32,000 nt of DNA from Chitinophagaceae bacterium (GTDB lineage Bacteria > Bacteroidota > Bacteroidia > Chitinophagales > Chitinophagaceae), in contig JADKKA010000006.1 in assembly GCA_016720745.1 (NCBI GenBank), positions 57,604-89,603 of the forward strand, given 5' to 3'. Below the pieces are notes generated by a model that did no database searches, had not been told where the DNA came from, and was given only the letters and a program-made list of their open reading frames with translations. The translations under genes were made by a program, and so were the position numbers. Shown piece by piece: positions 9,281 through 16,568 of the stretch; the stretch's first letter is position 1; each line of letters begins with the position of its first letter.

Positions 9281-10162
9281 TTAATCTACTGCCAATAATA
9301 CCTGCCAGGCTGCCTGTACATGGCCTTTATCCAGTAATTTTTTAGCATAGCGGTGCAGCTCTTTTTCCATATCTGCCGGGTTAATGCTGTAATACTGAAT
9401 GATATGTTTCAGGTGGGTGTCCTCAAATGCCGGGTCAATAACAGGATATACGTTTACATTGCCCAATTGTCCCAGGTTATTCCCGGTTAAGATGGGGCTG
9501 TTCCGGATACCGGCCGGTAAAGCATCCACGCCAATACCCAACTGAGTATTGGGTTTTTCGACCCGAAAAAGATTGCGATCATCCACCCAACAGTACCAAT
9601 CGCCCCCGAGCCTTGCCACCAGATTAATTCTTCGCTGATCCAGTTTTTTTTCTTCGTCGAAAAGGGAATCGTCAATGTGCATCGTTAATACTTCACAAAT
9701 CACCAGGTTGCCGGCACCGCCTTCTGATCCCAGCGGTTTTACTTCCAGCACTTTGCATTCCATGTTCACCTTGCTTTCTTTTACCAGCGGCGGTCGTACG
9801 ATGCTGGCGGGTACTTCGGTAAAACCTGCTTTGGTAAATTCATTGACTCCTTCCGGGTATTCGCAGCTGGATAATGAAACCTGCTGCACCATGTCATAAC
9901 TCACCATGCTGATCACTACCTCGGGTACTTCCAGTACGTTTTGCAGGGTATGCTTGGTGGTATTATCCCTGACCCTCCGGGAAGGTGAAAAAATCACCAC
10001 CGGCGGATTAGAAGAAAAGAGATTGAAAAAACTGAAGGGGCTGAGATTCACCTCGCCATCCTTACTGATCGTGGAAGCAAAGCAAATAGGGCGTGGGGCT
10101 ACGACGTGTTGGAGGTAGTATTGTTTTTGTTGGGGGGAGAGGTCCTGGAGGTTGAGTATCAT
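9281..10162 (-). CDS. Flavin reductase-like (FMN-binding split-barrel) family protein
   Basis: VAPRPICFASTISKDGEVNLSPFSFFN and the following barrel-like segment are typical of the Flavin_Reduct family. The ATG is at 10160..10162. Confidence 0.8.
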   Translation of the reverse strand: MILNLQDLSPQQKQYYLQHVVAPRPICFASTISKDGEVNLSPFSFFNLFSSNPPVVIFSPSRRVRDNTTKHTLQNVLEVPEVVISMVSYDMVQQVSLSSCEYPEGVNEFTKAGFTEVPASIVRPPLVKESKVNMECKVLEVKPLGSEGGAGNLVICEVLTMHIDDSLFDEEKKLDQRRINLVARLGGDWYCWVDDRNLFRVEKPNTQLGIGVDALPAGIRNSPILTGNNLGQLGNVNVYPVIDPAFEDTHLKHIIQYYSINPADMEKELHRYAKKLLDKGHVQAAWQVLLAVD

Positions 10163-10168
10163 AGTTTA

Positions 10169-10211
10169 TTTTTAACCGCAGAGAACAGGAGTAAGCGGAG
10201 ATTTCGCAGAG
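10169..10211. repeat. Left arm of a 43-nt imperfect inverted repeat bracketing the GxxExxY ORF
   Basis: tttttaaccgcagagaacaggagtaagcggagatttcgcagag matches the reverse complement of 10750..10792 at 36/43 positions (hand-aligned), including the perfect 17-mer accgcagagaacaggag. Confidence 0.85.
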
Positions 10212-10601
10212 TTAGAACTGATATACAATTCGATGAAATCCTTCTTTAAGAAGAGGGACATTAAAATTAATCAAATATCCCAGTTTTTTCTGGTACAACT
10301 TAAGATAGGTTATAAGTTGAGCTTTGAAAATGGGCTCGATAGCAGTTACAGATTTTATCTCAAGAATGATTTCGTCTTCTACCAAAATATCTATAACATA
10401 AACTTTCCCCAAAGGCTTTTCTTTATAACTAAGCTCAACCGGAACCTGTGTTCTTATAAATAGACCTCTTAAGTTTAATTCCCTTACCAATGCAATTGTA
10501 TAGGCAGATTCCAGTAATCCCGGCCCCAGAATTCTATGAACTGCTAAACAGGAATCTAGAATAACTCCCCCGATTTTATTTAAATCTATTTTTGATAACA
10601 T
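10212..10601 (-). CDS. GxxExxY protein (small PD-(D/E)XK nuclease-superfamily protein)
   Basis: IGGVILDSCLAVHRILGPGLLESAYTIALVRELNLRGL carries the eponymous G-x-x-E-x-x-Y. DILVEDEIILEIK resembles a D..E.K nuclease core. The track start at 10628 is TTG. ATG 10601 gives the family-typical ~129 aa and sits 17 nt after a TTCATTTG near-consensus -7 box. Confidence 0.85.
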   Translation of the reverse strand: MLSKIDLNKIGGVILDSCLAVHRILGPGLLESAYTIALVRELNLRGLFIRTQVPVELSYKEKPLGKVYVIDILVEDEIILEIKSVTAIEPIFKAQLITYLKLYQKKLGYLINFNVPLLKEGFHRIVYQF

Positions 10602-10749
10602 GCTATCATATTCTTGCAAATGAATCAAATACCATACTTCAACAATTGCAAGTTATTAATAGCGTTATTTTGAAATTGATTATTGCTCCGTGTTTTTTCT
10701 CTTAAAAAACTGTTTTTTTCTGAAATACTCCAGGTTGTTTTCTGATTCT

Positions 10750-10792
10750 CTCTGCGTAAACTCAGCGCTCTCCTGTTCTCTGCGGTGAAAAA
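10750..10792. repeat. Right arm of the 43-nt inverted repeat bracketing the GxxExxY ORF
   Basis: ctctgcgtaaactcagcgctctcctgttctctgcggtgaaaaa. It ends 2 nt from the FAH stop codon (10795..10797). Confidence 0.85.
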
Positions 10793-10794
10793 CC

Positions 10795-11814
10795 TCATTT
10801 CTTCCTCCCCAATATACTCCACCCGATAGCCATCGGGTCCATTTCCTCCGCCACAATGGTATTACTCAATTTCCCCAATTGCCCAATTTCCATATCCACC
10901 ACATCTCCGGGTTGCAACCATTGCTCCACATAATTGGGATCATTTAGTTTGCCGGTGCCATTTAGTTCCAGGAAACATCCCGTACCTACCGTGCCGCTGC
11001 CAATCACATCACCGGGATAGAGATCAACTCCGTAAGAGGCCCTTTCAATAATTTCAGCAAAGGTCCAGTCCATATCAGCCAGGTTGCCATCACTTACCTG
11101 TTTACCATTCACAAAACATTTCATGGACAGATTCCAGCTTTTGCCGGTATGATTCTCTTTGCAGGGAACAACATATTCTTCGAGTTCATCCATTGTCACC
11201 AGCCAGGGACCGATTACGGTAGAGAAATCCTTTCCTTTGGCAGGCCCCAGGTTCAATAGCATTTCTTCCATCTGCAGGCGTCGGGCACTCAGGTCATTCA
11301 TGATCATCAGCCCGCCGATGTATTCATCTGCTTCTTCTGCTTTGATATTTCTTCCATGTTTACTGATCACAATGGCAGCTTCCAGCTCAAAATCCAGTTT
11401 CTCAAAATGATCAGGCATACAACGGATTTCGCCGGGGCCCTGGATACTATGATGATTGGTAAAATAAAAAATCGGGTACTGGTCAAACTCAGGAATCATC
11501 TCCACTTTGCGGTTACGACGTGCAGCTGCCACATGCTGCCGGAAGGCATAGCCGTCTCTGCAACTGGTGGGAAAGGGTACCGGTGCCATGAGTTGCACTT
11601 CGCTCAGTAATACGCCACGGTTGCTGGTACGGGTTCCTTCTTTTAATAAGATCTCACCAGCCTGGGCTACGGGAAAATAATCCTCCCAGTAATTCAAAAA
11701 AAGGTTCATGCTATTGGGCAGGTCGGGATGCAATACTTCCATATCATAAATCGTATCCTGAATCAGTACACCCAGTTGTTCTCTTTCTTCTTTAACATAC
11801 GTGACAAGCTTCAT
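10795..11814 (-). CDS. Fumarylacetoacetate hydrolase (FAH) family protein
   Basis: The N-terminal small domain MKLVTYVKEEREQLGVL is followed by an FAH-like core: FYFTNHHSIQGPG, ELEAAIVI, MIMNDLSARRLQ and GDVIGSGTVGTGC. Confidence 0.88.
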   Translation of the reverse strand: MKLVTYVKEEREQLGVLIQDTIYDMEVLHPDLPNSMNLFLNYWEDYFPVAQAGEILLKEGTRTSNRGVLLSEVQLMAPVPFPTSCRDGYAFRQHVAAARRNRKVEMIPEFDQYPIFYFTNHHSIQGPGEIRCMPDHFEKLDFELEAAIVISKHGRNIKAEEADEYIGGLMIMNDLSARRLQMEEMLLNLGPAKGKDFSTVIGPWLVTMDELEEYVVPCKENHTGKSWNLSMKCFVNGKQVSDGNLADMDWTFAEIIERASYGVDLYPGDVIGSGTVGTGCFLELNGTGKLNDPNYVEQWLQPGDVVDMEIGQLGKLSNTIVAEEMDPMAIGWSILGRKK

Positions 11815-11881
11815 ATAAATTCAATTGATTTTGTTCACAGATAAGGATGCTAAGTTAGCAGCTTGTTTGTAAATTGGTGGA

Positions 11882-13183
11882 ATGAATAAAGGCCTACTCC
11901 TTCTTTTATTTCCATTGCTTTCTTTTTGGCCCAGGGAAGAACCCTCCGCCTGGATCCGGATCAACCAGCTGGGTTATACACCGGCTGCTGTAAAAGTGGC
12001 TGTTTGGTGCAGAAAAGAAGCAAAGCAGGTCATATCAAAGTTTACCCTGGTGGATGCAGTGACGCAAAAGCCGGTCTATACCGGAAATGCTGGTAAGGAC
12101 TTCGGCGCCTATGGTCCATTTGCCCAAACTTTTCGGCTGGATTTTTCTACTTTCAAAAAACCCGGGCGATATTTTTTACAAACAACCGATGCCCGCTCCC
12201 CTGAATTTGAAATTGGAAACGATGTGTACAAAGGCGCAGCTGATTTTTGCCTGCGTTATATGCGGCAGCAAAGAACCGGTTTCAATCCCTATCTCAAAGA
12301 CAGCTGTCATACCCACGACGGATATGTGTTATATGGCGAAAAAGCCGGGATCAAGGACAGTACCCATATTGATGTGGTGGGTGGCTGGCATGATGCTTCG
12401 GATTATTTACAATACAGTGCCACATCTGCCAATGCTACCTGGCACTTGCTGGCTGCCTACCGCGATTTTCCACAAGTGTTTACCGATGAAAAACAGTCCA
12501 ACGGACTGGATGGTAAAAACGGAAGGGCCGATGTATTGGATGAAGCCAAATGGGGACTGGACTGGTTATTGAAAATGCATCCACGGGATGACTGGATGTT
12601 CAACCAAATAGGAGACGACCGCGATCATATCAATATGCGGATGCCCACACAGGATACACAGTATGGGAAAGGAATGGAAAGACCGGTCTATTTCGTGAGT
12701 GGTGAACCACAGCAACGGGGAAAATTCATGAATGCCACAACGGGAACTACCTCAACGGCAGCTAAATTCTCAAGTGCCTTTGCACTGGGGAGTATATTAT
12801 TTGATCCTGTTGAATCAGCCTACTCAAATCTGCTCTCGGAAAAAGCAATGACAGCTTATGTATTTGCTTCACGCAAAACCGGGTTTACTCAAACGGCATC
12901 TGTCAAATCACCTTATATCTATGCCGAAGAAAACTGGGTGGATGACCTGGAATTGGCCAATGCGTCGATGTACCAATTAATGAAACTTCCGGGAAAGAAA
13001 GTAGATGAAAATAGTTATGGAAAAAAAGCATTTGAATCTTCCCGGCTGGAACCTGTCACAACCTGGCTGGGTAAAGATACAGCCCGTCATTATCAATGGT
13101 ATCCCTTTATCAATCCTGGTCATTATGAAATCGCAAAGCAAATAAAAGGATTCCGGATCGAAAAGAGGGGTTTAAAAAAGTAA
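11882..13183 (+). CDS. N-terminal fragment of the split gene: signal peptide, CelD_N-like Ig domain and first part of the GH9 catalytic barrel
   Basis: IRINQLGYTPAAVKVAVW is an Ig-like N-domain and GGWHDASDYLQY is the GH9 DAxD catalytic-base motif. The fragment ends at TAA 13181..13183, right after AAAAAAG. Confidence 0.8.
   Translation: MNKGLLLLLFPLLSFWPREEPSAWIRINQLGYTPAAVKVAVWCRKEAKQVISKFTLVDAVTQKPVYTGNAGKDFGAYGPFAQTFRLDFSTFKKPGRYFLQTTDARSPEFEIGNDVYKGAADFCLRYMRQQRTGFNPYLKDSCHTHDGYVLYGEKAGIKDSTHIDVVGGWHDASDYLQYSATSANATWHLLAAYRDFPQVFTDEKQSNGLDGKNGRADVLDEAKWGLDWLLKMHPRDDWMFNQIGDDRDHINMRMPTQDTQYGKGMERPVYFVSGEPQQRGKFMNATTGTTSTAAKFSSAFALGSILFDPVESAYSNLLSEKAMTAYVFASRKTGFTQTASVKSPYIYAEENWVDDLELANASMYQLMKLPGKKVDENSYGKKAFESSRLEPVTTWLGKDTARHYQWYPFINPGHYEIAKQIKGFRIEKRGLKK
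13174..13183 (+). other. A_AAA_AAG heptamer in the 0 frame, immediately followed by the 0-frame stop TAA, at the junction of the two GH9 reading frames
   Basis: The 0-frame codons are TTA(13172) AAA(13175) AAG(13178) TAA(13181). The -1 frame continues GTA(13180) ACG GGC TAT TAT AAA GAA ... = VTGYYKE. Confidence 0.7.
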
Positions 13184-13347
13184 CGGGCTATTATAAAGAA
13201 GGTATTGAACTCGTCTGGAACAAAGCCAAACAAAACGCTTTCTACCGCGGCATCCCCTTTATCTGGTGCAGTAATAATCTCACTACTTCATTCGCGATTC
13301 AATGTTATTGGTACCAGCAGCTGACAGCAGATAAAAGCTATGAAGCA

Positions 13348-14433
13348 TTGATGCAAGCCAATATTGACTGGTTATTTGGTTGCAATCCCTGGGGAACATC
13401 CATGGTATATGGCTTACCCAATTGGGGAGATACACCGGTTGATCCGCATTCTGCATTCACCCATATTAAAAAATACCCGATTGATGGCGGACTGGTAGAT
13501 GGTCCGGTGTACACCAGTATTTATAAAGGACTGATCGGTATCAAATTGTTTGAACCCGATGAATATGCTGCATTTCAAAGTGACCTGGCTGTTTATCATG
13601 ATGATTATGGCGACTACAGTACCAATGAACCTACAATGGATGGAACCGCTTCGCTTATTTATTTATTAGCTGCGCAGGAGGCAGCACGCCCCTCTCCTTT
13701 GGTCCCGATAGCAATCGGGAGGGGTAAGGGGGAGAGGTCTAGCGGCGCCATCATCAGAGGAGATAGCTCGCAAAAGAAAATCGCTCTTGTCTTTACCGGT
13801 CATGAGTTTGCTGAGGGCGGACAGCAAATTGAAGAATACCTGGACAATGCCAATATCAAGGCTTCCTTTTTCTTCACCGGTGATTTTTACCGGAACCCGG
13901 ACTTTCATCCCATCATTCGTAAACTGTATAAAGAAGGACATTATCTGGGACCACATTCCGATCAGCATTTATTGTATTGCGACTGGTCCAAACGCGACAG
14001 TCTGCTCGTAACGAAATCGCAGTTTCGATTTGATTTGGCCGATAATTATACCGCCATGGCCCGGCTGGGGATTGATATTAAAAAAGCAAATATTTTTTTA
14101 CCGCCTTATGAATGGTATAACGATAGTATCGCTGCCTGGTCAAAGGAATTACAGATTCAGTTGATCAATTATACACCCGGTACCCTCAGTCATGCAGACT
14201 ATACCCTGGACAATGATAAAAACTACCGCAGCTCTGAAAAAATACTGTCCTCCATCCTGCAATATGAGCAAACAAAGCCGGCCGGACTGAACGGGTTTAT
14301 TTTGCTGATGCATGTCGGGGCCGGCCCGGGAAGGACCGATAAATTTTACCGGAAACTGCCCGAACTGGTCCGCTATTTAAAGGCCAAAGGCTATCAGTTT
14401 CAACGGGTTGACAACTTAGTTGAAACTGATTAA
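13348..14433 (+). CDS. C-terminal fragment of the split gene: end of the GH9 barrel plus a polysaccharide deacetylase-like domain. The reading frame is actually open from 13129
   Basis: DWLFGCNPWGTSMVYGLP, LVDGPV and YSTNEPTMDGTASLIYLLA (the GH9 catalytic-acid Glu motif). A linker ARPSPLVPIAIGRGKGERSSG follows, then IALVFTGHEFAEGGQQIEEYLDNANIKASFFFTGDF ... HSDQH, which is deacetylase-like. Confidence 0.8.
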   Translation: MMQANIDWLFGCNPWGTSMVYGLPNWGDTPVDPHSAFTHIKKYPIDGGLVDGPVYTSIYKGLIGIKLFEPDEYAAFQSDLAVYHDDYGDYSTNEPTMDGTASLIYLLAAQEAARPSPLVPIAIGRGKGERSSGAIIRGDSSQKKIALVFTGHEFAEGGQQIEEYLDNANIKASFFFTGDFYRNPDFHPIIRKLYKEGHYLGPHSDQHLLYCDWSKRDSLLVTKSQFRFDLADNYTAMARLGIDIKKANIFLPPYEWYNDSIAAWSKELQIQLINYTPGTLSHADYTLDNDKNYRSSEKILSSILQYEQTKPAGLNGFILLMHVGAGPGRTDKFYRKLPELVRYLKAKGYQFQRVDNLVETD

Positions 14434-14474
14434 AATCAGCCTGTTATACAATTTCTGACCCCCGATTCATTCCT

Positions 14475-14482
14475 TATCTTTG
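14475..14482 (+). promoter_or_regulatory. Bacteroidota-type -7 promoter box TAtcTTTG
   Basis: This is an exact TAnnTTTG match, 4 nt upstream of ATG 14487. A TTT at 14452..14454 sits about 20 nt upstream as a partial -33 element. Confidence 0.35.
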
Positions 14483-14486
14483 CGCC

Positions 14487-15164
14487 ATGCATTTCGAAAA
14501 AATACATAATAAAGGGCAGGCAAGGCTCTTCAAGAGTGATTTCCTTGAAGCACTGACCAAGGCCAATCCGCTTGTGATCTGGGGTATGTATATCCCTATC
14601 CTGACTTATATTATTTACCTGGCAGCCACCAAATACAATTACAGCACCGGTACCATCCTGCTGGTCTTCTTTGGGGGTATGTTTTTCTGGACACTATTTG
14701 AGTATATCGCTCATCGCTTTATTTTTCACTGGGTACCCAAAACGCCGGGTTCTATCAAGTTTGTGTACACCCTTCATGGGAATCATCATCATTACCCCCG
14801 CGACAGGCAGCGTTTATTCATGCCGCCTTTGCCTAGTATTATTATTTCATCCACTTTGTTTGGATTGACCTATCTGCTCATCGGTAGTTATACATTCATG
14901 TTCTTCCCCGGATTCCTGCTCGGTTACCTGATGTATGGTACCATGCACTATGCCATCCATGCCTGGAACCCTCCTTTTAAATGGATGAAACCACTTTGGA
15001 GAAACCATCACCTGCATCATTATAAAAATGAACATAATGGATACGGAGTGAGTTCTACTTTATGGGATCATATTTTTGGGACCATGTTTGATCTGAAAAG
15101 AGAAAAAGAAGATAAAGAGAAAGTAAAAGAACTGATGTTTGAGAAGAAATCTTCCAACTCCTGA
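14487..15164 (+). CDS. Fatty acid hydroxylase / sterol desaturase superfamily membrane protein
   Basis: Four His clusters are present: HRFIFH, HGNHHHYP, HYAIH and NHHLHHY. Hydrophobic helices lie between them. Confidence 0.85.
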   Translation: MHFEKIHNKGQARLFKSDFLEALTKANPLVIWGMYIPILTYIIYLAATKYNYSTGTILLVFFGGMFFWTLFEYIAHRFIFHWVPKTPGSIKFVYTLHGNHHHYPRDRQRLFMPPLPSIIISSTLFGLTYLLIGSYTFMFFPGFLLGYLMYGTMHYAIHAWNPPFKWMKPLWRNHHLHHYKNEHNGYGVSSTLWDHIFGTMFDLKREKEDKEKVKELMFEKKSSNS

Positions 15165-15190
15165 TGTGTAAGTAAAATATTAATCAATCC

Positions 15191-15220
15191 ATCCCGCCAG
15201 AAAATGGCGGGATTTTTATT
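15191..15220 (+). terminator. Rho-independent terminator
   Basis: The stem atcccgcc (15191..15198) pairs with ggcgggat (15206..15213) around the loop agaaaat. It is followed by ttttattt. Confidence 0.6.
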
Positions 15221-15229
15221 TAAAGCGTT

Positions 15230-16237
15230 ATGAAAAAGTTGCATTTTTTGTTATTGATCCTTCCACTTTGCATTGCAGCCTGTCAGTCAAAGGGAAAAAA
15301 ACAGGAATCGGCTTCTTTCTTATCCGCTAAGGAAACAGTACTGCTGAATCAATTGGTGTATAAGCCCGGGTTAAAAGATACTTTACTGACATATGCGCCC
15401 GGATTTGAACTGGTTTTTCAGCCACAGGCCGTCAATGGCAATTTTGCCTATATCGCTAAAAAGAAAGATTCTCTGCAATACGCCCTGGTGATCCGGGGTT
15501 CGCTGATTGAATTTAGCAACGAAGGTTTCCAGAATTTCATCCTGCAGGACTTCAATGTCTTTAACCAGAAAAAATGGGAATATGCCGATACTGTGAAAAA
15601 AGCCTATCTCTCCCGGGGAACTTATCTTGGTTTTCAAAACCTGCTGCAACTAAAAGATGGAACAACGGGTTTGTCACTGCTGGATTTTATTGAGCAGAAA
15701 ATTCCCGCGGGCTCATCGCTGGTTGTTACCGGACATAGCCTGGGTGGTAACCTCGCTTATCCACTGGCAGGCTACCTGAAGAAACAATTAAAAGGGGCTG
15801 TACAACAAAACATACAGCTGATCACATTTGGCGCACCTGCAGCAGGTAATGCTGCGTTTGTACAGGACCTGGAAGAAAAATTTCCCAACGCAGAACGTTA
15901 TACGATTGATAAGGATATTGCGCCTTCTTTCCCTGATCATACCCGGATGGGTTTGATTGCCAAGTCTATTGGACTGGATAAGGCCCTGCACATCAAAGAA
16001 CTTTCACTGGATGCCGGTGATTTATTGCAATTAGCAGGGGATTTACTCGAGCAAACGAATATCATTGGTAAGGATGATAAATATGTACAAAGTGAAAAAC
16101 ATCTCCGGTTGCTGACCAGTACAGCCCCATCAGTGATAGATACAGTTTTGTCTGCCGATGCTTTGTTCGGAAGAGCCTATGAATACCACCGGGTAGATGC
16201 TTATGCCATTTTACTGGGTGGGAAGGCGCTGGAATAG
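15230..16237 (+). CDS. Class 3 lipase family lipoprotein
   Basis: Lipobox LCIAAC and the nucleophile elbow LVVTGHSLGGNLA typical of Lipase_3. Confidence 0.85.
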   Translation: MKKLHFLLLILPLCIAACQSKGKKQESASFLSAKETVLLNQLVYKPGLKDTLLTYAPGFELVFQPQAVNGNFAYIAKKKDSLQYALVIRGSLIEFSNEGFQNFILQDFNVFNQKKWEYADTVKKAYLSRGTYLGFQNLLQLKDGTTGLSLLDFIEQKIPAGSSLVVTGHSLGGNLAYPLAGYLKKQLKGAVQQNIQLITFGAPAAGNAAFVQDLEEKFPNAERYTIDKDIAPSFPDHTRMGLIAKSIGLDKALHIKELSLDAGDLLQLAGDLLEQTNIIGKDDKYVQSEKHLRLLTSTAPSVIDTVLSADALFGRAYEYHRVDAYAILLGGKALE

Positions 16238-16238
16238 T

Positions 16239-16568
16239 TCACCATTTCTCATCATCCGGTATCGGGTCATCTTTTTTGAATTGCTTCCTGCTTTCTATTT
16301 TTTGTAATTGTCTTTCAATAATCAGATCGGCAATCAGTAAGGGTGCATTTTCGCCCTGCTGCTGATCGAGCAGCTGCCGCATTTTTTTCTCTGGTACATC
16401 AATACGATAAAGCAATGATACAAGCCGGTCAAAGTCGGTATTGATCAGCTGGTTCACATGATCAGCCAGGGCAATTCTGATGGCTTCCATACTTTTTTGT
16501 GGAGACAGTATCAGTCCGGCATCTTTTTGTAAAAGATCCGCCAGTTCCTGTTGTTGAGAATGATTCAT
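16239..16568 (-). CDS. Small hypothetical protein (109 aa, acidic, no TM helix)
   Basis: Its ATG shares 1 nt with the upstream stop (TAATG on the minus strand at 16566..16570). I recognise no family. Confidence 0.6.
   Translation of the reverse strand: MNHSQQQELADLLQKDAGLILSPQKSMEAIRIALADHVNQLINTDFDRLVSLLYRIDVPEKKMRQLLDQQQGENAPLLIADLIIERQLQKIESRKQFKKDDPIPDDEKW

Larger units (their letters stand above)
11882..14433 (+). pseudogene. Frameshifted gene for a secreted GH9 glycoside hydrolase (CelD_N Ig-like domain plus GH9 barrel) fused to a C-terminal polysaccharide deacetylase-like domain. This is the whole-gene view of the two ORFs listed next
   Basis: Frame 2 (11882..13183) and frame 1 (open from 13129 to 14433) overlap. 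Together they read as one continuous GH9 sequence: ...EKRGLKK / VTGYYKEGIELVWNKAKQNAFYRGIPFIWCSNNL...DWLFGCNPWGTS. The break is in the A6 run at 13174..13179. Confidence 0.8.

Noticed and set aside
10625-10822. 65-aa ORF (MEYIGEEEMRFFTAENRRALSLRRE...)
   Set aside because: It reads straight across the right inverted-repeat arm, overlaps the FAH 3' end, and has a low-complexity composition. It is most likely a translation artefact of the repeat.
12087-12572. 161-aa alternative-frame ORF inside the GH9 gene
   Set aside because: It is embedded in a reading frame with clear GH9 motifs and has no recognisable motifs of its own. The same applies to the antisense or embedded ORFs 1111..1434, 5188..5565, 5780..6136, 7121..7417, 9675..10118, 11159..11610, 28293..28677 and 31003..31499.
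13165-13170. G-rich gagggg as a Shine-Dalgarno-like stimulator of -1 frameshifting
   Set aside because: It is only 3 nt from the slippery heptamer, whereas dnaX-type stimulation needs about 10 nt. Bacteroidota also make little use of SD pairing, so it does not add support to the frameshift hypothesis.
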